Part shown: positions 13,081-25,419 of the stretch, one piece after another | How positions within the stretch are numbered: the stretch's first letter is position 1 | How the letters are laid out: every line of letters begins with the position of its first letter | Assembly (NCBI GenBank): GCA_021432655.1 | Contig: MU271476.1 | Location: 1 to 57,261 of the forward strand | Length of the DNA: 57,261 nt | Source: Atractiella rhizophila | Lineage: Eukaryota | Reading direction: 5' to 3' | The notes under the pieces: generated by a model | Seen by the model: the letters and a program-made list of their open reading frames with translations, nothing else | Database searches by the model: none | Told to the model about the DNA's origin: nothing | Made by a program: the position numbers and the translations under genes

Positions 13081-14915
13081 TTAGCTAAATCTTGCTACAA
13101 ACCTATAATTTCGGCTTTCGATATATTGATATTCCAGTGCCAACTGCTTCAACCAATGCAAAGAGCTGATCCGGCTGTTTTCGAATTGTTCGTCTTTTAT
13201 CGTCAGCAGAAGCTCCAATGCTATTTTTCCAGGGCGATAGTTGCTGTAAAAATAAGTTGGCCGGGCTGTGTTTTCAGGGCCTGCTTGGTGTCCATTGATA
13301 ATGCAAAGCTCGAAAGAATCCCCATGGAAGAGGTGAAAGAGCATTCCGTTCGCTTCAAAGACTTCCAAGGGATTTGGAGAGTGTCCTGGGAACGGCGACA
13401 CAAAACCCAAAGAAAAAGAGTCGAAATCCATATCACCAAAGAAGGGTATGATTTCGATCTTCTGCCGTTCCCGTGTTCGTGATATTTGGCGCACATTAAC
13501 GATGGTGATGTAGTGGATCAAAGTATCTACTGTGACTCCACAGTAGTGGAGACACACACAGAGTAGGGACTCTACCCTAGCTAGATTGAGAACGAGTTGT
13601 GCGGATACAAAACCAGATCGTTCGTGTCCCCCATCAAGCCACATCGTTGTGAGGCGAGGAAAGGAATCATTCATTTCTGGCCATCGCGCAAAGGAATCAT
13701 TCAATCTTGATCTTTGAGAGACATCATTCATCCTTGATCTTTGAGAGAGATCATTCATCCTTGACCTTTGAGAGAGATCATTCAATCTTGATCTTTGAGA
13801 GAGATCATTCAACCTTGATCTTTGAGAGGAATCATTCAATCTTGGTCTTCGCCCGGGGGGATCGTCCAATCTTGGGCATTGGCACAAAGGACATCGCTGG
13901 AAGCTGGAAAGTCATGGAAGAGTAGTCATCCCAAGAAGTTGAGCGTGGTTTGTGGAATAATAGTTCCAAAAAGATCAGTTGAAATTGCATATGGCGAAGG
14001 AAGGAACGAAGTGCTGATGTTGATAAGCTCACGAAGTGGTCCAGTGACAAGGACTCTAGGGAAGTAAGACGTTCGAATACCCGGAATTCTTCGTCGGAGT
14101 AAGCGCATTGAGTTAATGCGAGAGTTCCTATGGGAGGTATAGGCCAGAAGCGCCGGGGCATGGATGTTTGGGATAAAGATTGCAGTCCTATGACCTGAAG
14201 AGATTTGAGTCGGCATGTACCTAAGGCGTGAACGATGTCTTCAAAAACCAAGTGATCGTGTTCCATTATCTTTGAATTGAACTGTAAGCAAAGATCAAGA
14301 GGAATATAGTTACCCAAAATGGTATTCAACTGCTCGAGGCAGTTTCGCACTTTGAGTTTCGGCCATGGCAATCCTACCAGTGTGAGATGAGAGAAATCTG
14401 CAGGTCGTAAAGCTCGTAGAAAGTGTTGCCAGTCTTCATAACTACTGGGAGGGGGATTTCCAATGACAGGTTCCACCGGGTAAAAGTCATAGATTCGGCC
14501 AATCGTCAATATATAAGGATGTGGGAGGTCCGTCACATTCTCTTCATGGAGGCGTCTTCGCAAGATCTGGAGTGAGACTGATGCCCAAATGACACAAGTG
14601 CCTCTCAGTTTTGCAATCTGCTCGACCCACTTCCCTAAGTGATGTCGATCCCTGGATGGAGTTAAACATAGGTAAAAGATTCGTTTCAAAATTTCCACAG
14701 GCAATTCTCCTATGTTGCAAAGTTGAGGAGCTCGATCATCGACCCAGATCTTGTCGCCAGCAACATCAAGGCGTTCACGGAATCTATGATAAGGACTTCG
14801 TAGATCTACAGTGAAGTCAGAAGAATTGAAATGCAAACGCTGCAGGCAAATACGCACAATCCTCCGTCCACAAAGGAGTCAAGTTGACAACCTTCTGAAG
14901 GAGATTTTGAAACAT
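13081..14915 (-). CDS. F-box-like / LRR-like protein, possibly frameshifted near 13850-13900
   Basis: ATG 14915 and an intron (gtgcgt...ctgac...tag) join in frame to ORF 13832-14857, which contains IGELPVEILKRIFYLC (F-box-like) and LxxLxL tracts. The protein-like continuation is in another frame (ORF 13081-13887). Confidence 0.6.
13661..13845. repeat. 27-bp minisatellite, about 5 near-perfect plus 2 degenerate copies
   Basis: Unit tcattcaatcttgatctttgagagaga; encodes (SRLNDLSQR)n on the minus strand. Confidence 0.95.
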
Positions 14916-15372
14916 GGCTGAGTACTCGAATGGCGTGAAAGGAGCTTGTCTCGTTTAAAGTCGGCTACGCCGTCAGCTGGGTTATTTCTCCAGCATGCCT
15001 TCTTTACATGATCACGAAGACCCACTCGGAATTTTCAATGACGCGGGTGTAAGTTGGACTGTCGATATTCGAGTTGAATGATTGAATTGAGAGACAGCTT
15101 CCGAGTACATTCCAAAAGCTCCCTCTTCCTACTGGATGGCATCCCTCAATGGCGTCCACGGTACAGCTCCTTATGCTTCGTCTCCTGCTCCGTACAAGTT
15201 GTTTACGAATGTAAAGACCTATGATTGTTTCTCCTCCTTTCTAACTGTTCATTCTCCGAATGTCATATGATTTGGAGACTGATTATCGATCATTGACGGT
15301 GATGGTTTGTAGAATTAAGTGTACATGTCGATTTGAAAGTAATATACAGATGGTCTAACAACTATCACACAT

Positions 15373-16461
15373 TTACTCATCGCTGAATACCAAACACCTC
15401 AATTCGATGCTCTCTCTTCCCCTCACTCCTTCCTTCCCATAAAACCGATGATCGATAAAGGCAGTATGTGGCGTAAGCTTCGCGATGTGGTCACTTCCCT
15501 CCTTCAGCGCTTCTGAATCAAAACACTTCAGAAGTATAACTTCATCTTTCGTTTGATGGGAAGGGGCGTAGAATTTTTGATTAGGAGTGTCTGTGGGCGA
15601 TGCCTTTGTTACATTGTGTCGGCTAAAAAGGAGAACAACTCACGAAGGACAGTAAATGTCTCTCCTTCACGGTCGGGATAAATCAGAGCTGTCGGCACGA
15701 GGTCTTTCTCATAATCAAGTGTTCGATAGTCGACGACAGCGAGCGGGATGTCATATACAGTATGGAAAGGTCGCCAGACATTTACGAGCCTGTATCTCCC
15801 TATATCCACATCCGTCAGGTTGTCATGTCGTACAATACGAGAGGAAAGGAACGAACCCTTAAGAAGCCTGTCGGCATCCTCAGGCAGGTGCCTATGCACT
15901 CTTGCGATCGCAGATTCAGGCGTTTGATCCACATGCACGCGCGACACAGGCTGCCGCGTCTCTGGCGTATCTTTCACAACCGTGCCAACAGGTGGAGTGC
16001 GGCGGACGGTGTGATCGAATATATGAATCGTGTGTGCATTGAACTGCTTCTTCAAAAACCTGTCCACAACAATCCATAATCAGCTTCGCTCTCCCTCGAG
16101 AAGACAGCTGAGAAACGGACTTCTCGACTTCTGGATAGTAAACACCACGAATCTTCTCCTCCTGTGCCCAGTCCTCATACTCCATCTTCGTGCCCTCGGT
16201 CTCGAAGCCAAATCCACTAATCTCAGTCCCATATTCATCCTTCGACAACTTCCTCAAGTCCTTCACGACAGTCGGCACCTCAATAGGCGTCAAGCTGGTC
16301 CTCGGCACCCCGGCTGGAGGTTCATTGATGTAGTTGTACGGCCTGGTCCCATCGGTGGGCAGCTGGGAATAGATCATCGAAGTGTGAATCCCATCCTCGC
16401 TCGACGCAGCGGCGAGCTGAAGGGAGAGGGCTGCTGGCGGTGAAGTGACAGTGAAAGACAT
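15373..16461 (-). CDS. AsaB/CmcJ-family hydroxylase/desaturase-like protein, copy 1
   Basis: Motifs YYPEVE, IFDHTVRR, VHVDQT, VNVWRP, PLAVVDYRT, TPHTAF and RESIELRCLVF. Three short introns. Confidence 0.9.
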
Positions 16462-17093
16462 ATTTCTATCGATTGCTGGACTTTCTTTGGCACGAGTGAT
16501 GACTTGTTACAGTAATTTGGATGATGGTGGCAGTACTCGAACGGCGAGAGCCTTTTATATCAATTTGCCTTTACCGTGGGAAGCGGGGAGTGGAGGTGGA
16601 GAACTATAGTCAGCAATCGCGTCATCCATCCCCAACTTGTGCGCCACCACCGCTCCAGCCGGGACAAAGCGAAAGGGCCGACAGATGAACAACAAGGTAT
16701 TCCTCAGCCGCCGTTGCCTGTCAATGATGAAAGGCTGACTAAGGCGCGCGAGGGAGGATGGCGGCTGCCGCTTGTAAGCAATTGAATGGAAGTATTGAAT
16801 GATTGAATTGAGAGACAGCTTCCGAGTACATTCCAAAAGCTCCCTCTTCCTACTGGATGGCATCCCTCAATGGCGTCCACGGTACAGCTCCTTATGCTTC
16901 GTCTCCTGCTCCGTACAAGTTGTTTACGAATGTAAAGACCTATGATTGTTTCTCCTCCTTTCTAACTGTTCATTCTCCGAATGTCATATGATTTGGAGAC
17001 TGATTATCGATCATTGACGGTGATGGTTTGTAGAATTAAGTGTACATGTCGATTTGAAAGTAATATACAGATGGTCTAACAACTATCACACAT

Positions 17094-18182
17094 TTACTCA
17101 TCGCTGAATACCAAACACCTCAATTCGATGCTCTCTCTTCCCCTCACTCCTTCCTTCCCATAAAACCGATGATCGATAAAGGCAGTATGTGGCGTAAGCT
17201 TCGCGATGTGGTCACTTCCCTCCTTCAGCGCTTCTGAATCAAAACACTTCAGAAGTATAACTTCATCTTTCGTTTGATGGGAAGGGGCGTAGAATTTTTG
17301 ATTAGGAGTGTCTGTGGGCGATGCCTTTGTTACATTGTGTCGGCTAAAAAGGAGAACAACTCACGAAGGACAGTAAATGTCTCTCCTTCACGGTCGGGAT
17401 AAATCAGAGCTGTCGGCACGAGGTCTTTCTCATAATCAAGTGTTCGATAGTCGACAACAGCGAGCGGGATATCATATACGGTATGGAATGGTCGCCAGAC
17501 ATTTACGAGCCTGTATCTCCCTATATCCACATCCGTCAGGTTGTCATGTCGTACAATACGAGAGGAAAGGAACGAACCCTTAAGAAGCCTGTCGGCATCC
17601 TCAGGCAGGTGCCTATGCACTCTTGCGATCGCAGATTCAGGCGTTTGATCCACATGCACGCGCGACACAGGCTGCCGCGTCTCTGGCGTATCTTTCACAA
17701 CAGTGCCAACTGGTGGAGTGCGGCGGACGGTGTGATCGAATATATGAATCGTGTGTGCATTGAACTGCTTCTTCAAAAACCTGTCCACAACAATCCATAA
17801 TCAGCTTCGCTCTCCCTCGAGAAGACAGCTGAGAAACGGACTTCTCGACTTCTGGATAGTAAACACCACGAATCTTCTCCTCCTGTGCCCAGTCCTCATA
17901 CTCCATCTTCGTGCCCTCGGTCTCGAAGCCAAATCCACTAATCTCAGTCCCATATTCATCCTTCGACAACTTCCTCAAGTCCTTCACGACAGTCGGCACC
18001 TCAATAGGCGTCAAGCTGGTCCTCGGCACCCCGGCTGGAGGTTCATTGATGTAGTTGTACGGCCTGGTCCCATCGGTGGGCAGCTGGGAATAGATCATCG
18101 AAGTGTGAATCCCATCCTCGCTCGACGCAGCGGCGAGCTGAAGGGAGAGGGCTGCTGGCGGTGAAGTGACAGTGAAAGACAT
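17094..18182 (-). CDS. AsaB/CmcJ-family hydroxylase/desaturase-like protein, copy 2 (same protein as copy 1)
   Basis: Same motifs, offset by 1721 bp. Only synonymous differences seen. Confidence 0.9.
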
Positions 18183-19250
18183 ATTTCTATCGATTGCTGG
18201 ACTTTCTTTGGCACGAGTGATGACTTGTTACAGTAATTTGGATGATGGTGGCAGTACTCGAACGGCGAGAGCCTTTTATATCAATTTGCCTTTACCGTGG
18301 GAAGCGGGGAGTGGAGGTGGAGAACTATAGTCAGCAATCGCGTCATCCATCCCCAACTTGTGCGCCACCACCGCTCCAGCCGGGACAAAGCGAAAGGGCC
18401 GACAGATGAACAACAAGGTATTCCTCAGCCGCCGTTGCCTGTCAATGATGAAAGGCTGACTAAGGCGCGCGAGGGAGGATGGCGGCTGCCGCTTGTAAGC
18501 AATTGAATGGAAGTCTGTGCTCAGATGGCGCGGGTGGTGCGGGTGGAGATGGTTTGTGGAGGCTGCTCACTACCTCTCTAACCAAGCTGAGTGAGTGGAA
18601 GAGGACTGAGAGGTGCCGGCATGATCTACTGTCCTTGGTGTTCTGCTGAACAATTTGTGTGAAGATATATCGGCAGCTAAGCTCGAAGGCTCCCTCGCGC
18701 AAAAATGTACGGCAGTGTCTAGAACTGATTATATAACTCTGCTCTCTTCCTCAATGACAAAGAACTGATCTGTTTCCAATCGTTTGCACAGATGGCTTGA
18801 ACATATCACAGATAGAACAAAGGCTCATTAGCTATCAACGTCCGCATGAGCAATTTCATGCAATGAAATGAACACTACTTTGACAACTGCACCATTTCAC
18901 TCCTTCTGAAGACTGGACAGTTCTAAAAGCGGACATCACCAAAAACAATGTCTCTTCATTCCAGCTTTAAATATTCGAATGACAACAACAGTTAACTCCA
19001 ACCTTACAAGCACGACCAGGCAAATCAGGGAAGCCATTTCCGTCGCCATCAGGATAAAATGTTGTGGGTCTGTCCCAATCGCCGACGATCGCCGAGGGAT
19101 AAAATCGATCACGTTCCTGCCCAAACTTCCTCGTGACCACCATCGCTCCCTCACCTGACTGGTACGCCACCGTTCGCGACCTCTTCACCTCGCCCCTCCA
19201 ACACCACACACGCCCGCACTGCTCCTGCGCGCGACTCGCCCCCTCAGCTG

Positions 19251-19260
19251 CGCACGTGCG
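19251..19260. promoter_or_regulatory. Palindromic E-box (CGCACGTGCG) about 40 bp upstream of the bHLH gene
   Basis: CACGTG core at 19253-19258; function inferred only. Confidence 0.3.
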
Positions 19261-19301
19261 AAGTTTCAGCGACCGACAGGAATACAACAAAGAGAGGCAG
19301 C

Positions 19302-20346
19302 ATGAACGATTCGACGTCGAACAATATCGAGACGGAGGGGATGAACATCGCCGTCGACCCGAGACTGAGAGACGGGTCCGTGAGCGTTGAGGGAGGGATC
19401 GGGAAGAGTGATGGGAGGGAGGAGAACATGATTGACGACTTGCTGGCCACCGTTCGTCCTTTCGTCCCGTCTTCTGTCTGCTTAGCGAGGGAACGGACAT
19501 TTGATGGGATGGGCCCGCTTGCGTAGATGACGAACGGTCATGAAGGCGAAGAGGACGGAGAAGGCGACCGCGACGGCCTCCTCCATGCCATTCAGCTACC
19601 CTTCCTTCGTCGCAGGGTAATCCCGACGCCTACTCCTTCTTTCCCGGCGTCAAAGGTCCTCATCCGTCCTCTCAGCATCGAGGCGAGGACGGCGCAGACG
19701 AGTTAGACGAACCACACCTCCCCATGGATATGGAAGCTGTGATGGAGGGCGAGGACATTGCTGTAGGCCCTGGGGGTAGCAATGGTGGAGCAAAGAGGGG
19801 AAGGAGGAAGAAGAAGGAAGGTGTGCAGTATGACCAGGGATTGGTGAAGGGGAGCGAAGAGTGGAGCAGGCTTAAGAAGGATAATCACGTTCGTCGCTTG
19901 TCCTCTCTTTCAAGCCGTAACGGGATGTCGGAGTGTTGATTGTTAATTTGGGAGAGCAGAAGGAGGTCGAGCGTCGGCGACGAGAGACTATAAATGATGG
20001 GATCAACGAGTTGAAGAAGATTGTTCCGGGCTGCGACAAAAACAAAGGTTCCATCCTCCAACGAGCGGTCCAATATCTCCTCCAACTAAAAGAGAATGAA
20101 GCGCAGAACATCGAGAAGTGGACTCTCGAAAAGATGCTCAACGAACAGTCAGTCAAAGACCTGAACGGCGAGATTGAACGACTCAATAAAACGCTCGAAG
20201 AGAGGGAAGGACAGTTGAGAGGCTTGAGGGAGAGATTGAAGGAGAGAGAGGAGGAGTTGGGCCGACTGAAAGGCATCGGAGCGAAGAGGCTGAGGGAGGA
20301 CGAGGGAGTCGAAGGCGACGAAGCGGCCAAAAGAGCGAGAGTATGA
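19302..20346 (+). CDS. CBF1: bHLH-leucine zipper transcription factor, Cbf1-like
   Basis: GSEEWSRLKKDNH|KEVERRRRETINDGINELKKIVPGCDKNKGSILQRAVQYL...NIEKWTLEK is the fungal Cbf1 signature. N-terminal exon structure is uncertain. Confidence 0.85.
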
Positions 20347-21060
20347 GGATCGGATGCCTCCACCTTGTTCTCGCCCTATTCTTGTCCCCGACTCGTCCGG
20401 CTGGCGCCATAACCATCTTCGTTCTTCTCCATGTTCTTCTGGTTCGAGCTGCTCGTTTTCTTCAAAAGCGATTCTGTCCCCTTTTTTTGTCTCACCCCGC
20501 TGCTGTCCGTATGTACACTATCCGTTTCTTTGTTGCGCGTCTCGTGTCTTAATCAGATTTATAAGTCCTGGGCGAAATAGCAGTCTATTGCCACATCCTC
20601 TCTTCACAGCTCCTGCTCCGTGCCCAAATATGCGGCTTCCAAAGTCGGCGAGCTTCAAGTTCGCCGATGGGTGAAATGAGTTTAACAATAACATTGGACA
20701 AAATACCAAAAAAGCTGATGAAGTGCGCTGGAATGAGAAACGCTACCAGGAAATTATTGTTCTTGGCAATGCCTTAAGCTTGCTGTCTACAGTACTAGCA
20801 ATGTATTAATTTACTTGATTCTAAGCCGCATCTGACTTGCGAGCTGTCATTTAGCGAGACTGTCACCCTCCTCTTTCTTCATTCCTCCCTTGACCTGTGT
20901 CACCATGAGACAAAGGTGTAAACGAGAAAATTGACGTACAGAGCTCGAGGCTGTGTTGCCAGTGTGATTGAACTTTTTCTTTTTCTTCTGCTGACAGGAT
21001 CAGAAACAGATCGACGACTACAGGGACAGCCTGACCGATTTTTTGGTGGGCAGTCCAGCG

Positions 21061-22802
21061 TCAGCTCGAGCTTTTCTTTTCCTCATGGCCTTCTGCAGGT
21101 ATAAAAGCTGTCAGCTGGAAACGAATGAATCGACGGAACAGAAATCTCACTGTCATGGGTTTCACAGGCAAGTTAAATGGACATTTCGCTTTCTGTCCAA
21201 ATAGTGATGCGGTTATTGGGCACGTTTCGTGATCGCCGCTAATGCAGTCCGAATGCAGGAGTTGGATGGTGAAGGATACACGCTGCTCGAATGTAAGGTA
21301 GTACGAATGGCTGAGTTGTTCACTGTCATTGTGGACCTTGTCACAATGGCCTGGCAGCGCATTTGTCGAAAAATATTTTGTTGACGCGTTAAGGCGATAG
21401 TACTTTTGACACAACAGAGGCGTTTGAAAAATTAACGGCTGTATGACTCGTCAGTCCGGCGTAATATCAGCGCTGGAAAGAAACCTACTTTCTTTGGATC
21501 GATGGCCAGAGGAAGATTGAGCGGACACCGCGTGCGTTGCTCATTCTGACAATGCTCCTTTCCCTTGCACTTTGTATGTCCCCAGAGCCTAGAGAACGCG
21601 CCGCGTTCCTGCGGCGTGAGAACGTAATCGTGCGAAAAGCGACAATCCACCCTCGAACAACGAAAGCGACCTTTCTGCAGAAATGTGTCGAAGTAGAATT
21701 CGGGACAAAGTGGTGGGCTCTGCTCGGTCAACGGCTGAAGAGTGGATTTAGAGTGGCATGTGAGCAAAGCAGGATACAGACGTAGTCAGGGTCCATTTCG
21801 AGACCTGAAGCAGAGAATCGAGGGGCAGGCTGAATTTTCAAGGTCAGTAGCAGTGAGGAGTTGGGAAATAAGCACACACCCCCATAAGTCCAGTAGGCTT
21901 CAGCTCTTGAACCGGTAAAGAGCCGGCCCACGTCGTTCTTCTGCTCACAGAAGCAGGTTCAGCAAAAGACGATTGCTCAACTGAAAAAGTGCGCTCAGCG
22001 CGCTATGGGGTGCAAAGTCAGAAATATGATTAGTATCCACAGCGATGGGCGCTCACAGAGCCGTTTTCGTCGGCTTGAGATTATTCAATATTACTGCACG
22101 GTAGAACATTTCATCACTCACTACCTGGATGCACATTTTGGAACAGCCCGCTTTCCCTCAAATCTAACAGAGGGAAGTTCAGACGTTGAATTGAAGGAGG
22201 AAGTGTCGATGACATTGTTAGCAGCCGAACTTGCTGTGCCAGAAGCTTGCAGCGCTGAAGAATGGGCAGGAAAGAGGCTTCTTCCATCCCGGCGAAAACC
22301 ACAGCGCGGCAAAGATCGTGGGAAGCGTGTGTTTCAACGCATACTGCCAATGACTTAGGTTCAACTGCTCAAGTCGCTTCTGAGGAGAGGACTTACTCTC
22401 CACCCTTCTGAGGATAGCTTCCTCCTCATCCGGCACCTCAGTCATACTGAAGCTAGGCTGGCCACGCCCAAAGGTTGAAACAAATTGATCGATCCTTTTC
22501 ACCGGCTTCTTCACTCCAAATTCCTCAAGCCAGCGAATAATCTTTCCGCGGCGCCAGAAAATATGAAGAAGAACACGGTCCACTGGTGGAAGGCCCCCTG
22601 ATTTTTGGAGCCATCCCTCGACTTCATTTGAAGCAGCGGCGCCAGCATCTGCGATGCCTTTATTAAATAAACTCGACGAAAACTGTAGACTCGCAATTGG
22701 TAGAGTGTCAACACGGAAGACGACACTTACCATGTATGAGTCCCCGTTTATTAGAACCAATGCGTACCCTTTCGTTGGTTCCTCATTCAGAAGGAGTGAC
22801 AT
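21061..22802 (-). CDS. NYN/PIN-like (DUF7923-type) domain plus two tandem CCCH-like Zn modules, paralog A
   Basis: Spliced ALVLINGDSYM|F...FVSTF...CRAVVFAGMEE...VRLL, then PPLCPEFY..C..C.FSHDYVLT..R...C...C...CP and a second similar module. Confidence 0.7.
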
Positions 22803-23487
22803 GGGAGCAGCCTAGAACGTCAGGTCGAGACGTATCACAGAGCTAGGTCGACGTATAGTGGAGCGAACGCATCCAAGTGGATCAAGCAACAACACCAAGT
22901 GTTACCGGCAACTGGCAACCTTATTTCAGGACTTCCGCCCGCTATTTGAGGGCTCTGCGTGGCCCACTGCACGTGTATAGGATTGGAAAGGTAATACATT
23001 GTACACTGTACATTGTAGTCACTCTGTGAACGGAAACGGCACTCCTGATCCCTTCGGAAGCACCTATCGAAGTGACGAGACTCTCAGCGTTTGGAAGTTA
23101 AGTTTCTCAGTGTGCGTGTCAGTGGTGGTGCAATAGTGAGTCTCATGATGGACCTCTCATTCCAAGTCAAAAAATGTTTGTTCATTGTTCAATCTTAGAA
23201 GACGTCGTTCCTCATCTTATTCTAATAATTTTTCCTCGACCAAGTCGTGCGGACAATGAACACCACTGACGTACTCCCTGCACTCCCTGACTTGAGCAAT
23301 ATTGACGAGTCTGTGGATGTCATGGCGGGCTATCTCGAGCTTTGGCTGCAAAAAACTGCTCCGTCCTTCGTCTTGATGGTTCCAAACAAGACACGATGCG
23401 TATCGAGAGCATAGAACAAACCATGGAGTTTCTTGTCAAAATTTGGAAGATTCAAGGCCTTGATTCTGATAAAGGTCGACTTGATTT
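22745..23487. repeat. Segmental duplication copy 1 (partner 27899-28609): 5' end of NYN gene, bidirectional promoter, 5' end of F-box gene
   Basis: Long co-linear high similarity visible by eye, with small indels. Confidence 0.95.
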
Positions 23488-24180
23488 AGAGGCCACCTTA
23501 CTGAATCTCCTTGCGAAAGAAGAAATCAGCTCGAAGATTGTTTCTTCTCCTAAATCGCAGCTGACAGATTTTGTCCCCCCCAAAAAATACGGAAAAACAC
23601 CGTAACCAATCGCAACAATTGCTTTCTGCAACTACCGAATGAAATTTTGTCAGCCATCTTTTATGAAGCTTTGCACGTAGAAGGGATCAGGACGGATAGA
23701 CAAATGAGCAGCTGGCTTTGTATCTGCAAAGCGCTCTTTCCCATCGCAAGTGCCTCTACCCTTTTTGTTTGACATCGTAGCGGATTTCCTGACTATTGAA
23801 AGCAGGTTTTGCACGAGCTCTCAGTGGATCCCATTGCGCTGCACGACCGGCAAACCATTTGGTCTTTCTTACGCATGCTTAGTTGTGTGCAGGTTGAAGG
23901 CATTCGACATCTGACGACCCGTGCCTGGGAACATCTTTGACAACGCGGCACTCATTAAAATCATCGGATTGTGCTCTCGCATCACCACTCTTAGTTTGAA
24001 TTGGGACACCATCACCGACGTTTTCAGTCCCTGAGATTTTGAGCTTTGCAGCCTGTGGAGAATCGAATTCGAACTTTGGACTTGCTGGATGACGGTTCGA
24101 CATTTTTCTGGAGGGCACTGAAGACGTTTCCGCGTGTCACACATCTTACTGTGCTCTCGACGTGTTTTTACAGGGAGTGA
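23256..24180 (+). pseudogene. F-box-like gene, frameshifted (A6 instead of A7 at 23350-23355) and apparently 3'-truncated
   Basis: LQLPNEILSAIFYEAL at ~23627. The N-terminus is shared with the 28377 copy, which has seven A and stays in frame. Confidence 0.6.
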
Positions 24181-24729
24181 TCACCTATCATGACGCACTT
24201 TGGGTGTCTCCGTGCTTATCACGAGCGAGCAGAAAGCGACATGGACATGGACCTCACACAAATTTTTACTTTCGCGACTCACGGCATTGATGTTGTTGTA
24301 ATCATATTACAGAGCTCTCTCCAATCATTAAGATCCTCTAGACTTGTAGTGACACTGAAACAATGAAATCCTCCGCCTGCAACCCCTTTATTAATTCCCC
24401 TGCACACTACACTTCTTCCATTCTAGTTTGTGTCGATTCAGAGTCGGCCGGATGTAGCTTGGCTTCATAGATGGTGAGGTCCATTCCCCACGGGAAGGAA
24501 GAGACGACGAAAATGCGTGAAAAGATGCTGTCATCAGGTTTGTCTGCGTGTGCATAGGGACGTAACATGTGATGAATAGAAGTTTGTGAAGAATTATGAA
24601 GGGTTAATAAGCTGGAAGCAAGGCAGAGAAACGCATAACTCAAGGCTACTAGGTTAATCAGAGGGGCGTCAACTACCCCACTCCTACTCGGCTGGTCTTC
24701 ATCTTGGCTTCCTCATATTTCCTTTTCTT

Positions 24730-25130
24730 GAAGCGAAGGACCGACTCTGTGGAATGAGCATGGTGTGGGAATCGTCGGGAGGTGCGTATGAATCGGCACA
24801 AAGCTGGTAGGGCGGCTGCGTTGTAAGACGGACACTTACTTTTTACAAGGTCCTTCTTGAGTGTCTCTCTTTGGCGATTGTGCCTGTTGTATTGCTGCAG
24901 ATAATGCTGCACTGCTTTTCAGGAATGACAGAACCCACAAAGGGAGGAATCCTGGAGCTTCCTTTTGTGCAGGTAATCTACCACCTGACCTAAGCTGCAC
25001 CACAATTGAGGCTAGTGTCATTTTGACATTCTCACCGACATTCAGCATGAAAAACAAACTATCCCATGTGTGGCGGCAGATGCGCACGGCATTAGCTGTG
25101 AAGAAACCCTTCACTGGTTCAAATCCAGGA
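24730..25130 (-). mobile_element. Putative degenerate KDZ (Kyakuja-Dileera-Zisupton) transposase remnant
   Basis: GFF...ICRH-x11-GENVKMTLA resembles the KDZ CRH...GE motif. Downstream, in another frame, FPHHAHSTESVLRF resembles FHxxAHxxxCQLxF. Confidence 0.4.
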
Positions 25131-25419
25131 GAAAAAATTTTTTTTCACCACTTCAAAACAAAATTTGCTTGCAGCCCAGAAGGGCGCAACCTTAAGATGG
25201 TGTAATTCATGTTATTTCAATGTGCCTGATGAGGGACGTGTGAATGCTTCAAACTGCATTTTCTGACTCATGCCTGGAACTGATGGATCTTAGAGGAAAG
25301 GATACTTACAAGCGCAAGTATAAGATTTGGTGGATCTCTGAAACCTGGCCACGACCGTGGTATGACTATCACTTACAGGCATTCTCTTTCATGATTATTC
25401 GCCGTTCAGTAATGCAAGA

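Larger units (their letters stand above)
15074..18514. repeat. Head-to-tail tandem duplication, period 1721 bp (15074-16793 / 16795-18514)
   Basis: Copies are near-identical at offset 1721, with one extra A at 16794 at the junction. Confidence 0.98.

Noticed and set aside
13661..13845. CRISPR-like periodicity
   Set aside because: Contiguous tandem units with no unique spacers, eukaryotic context, no cas genes.
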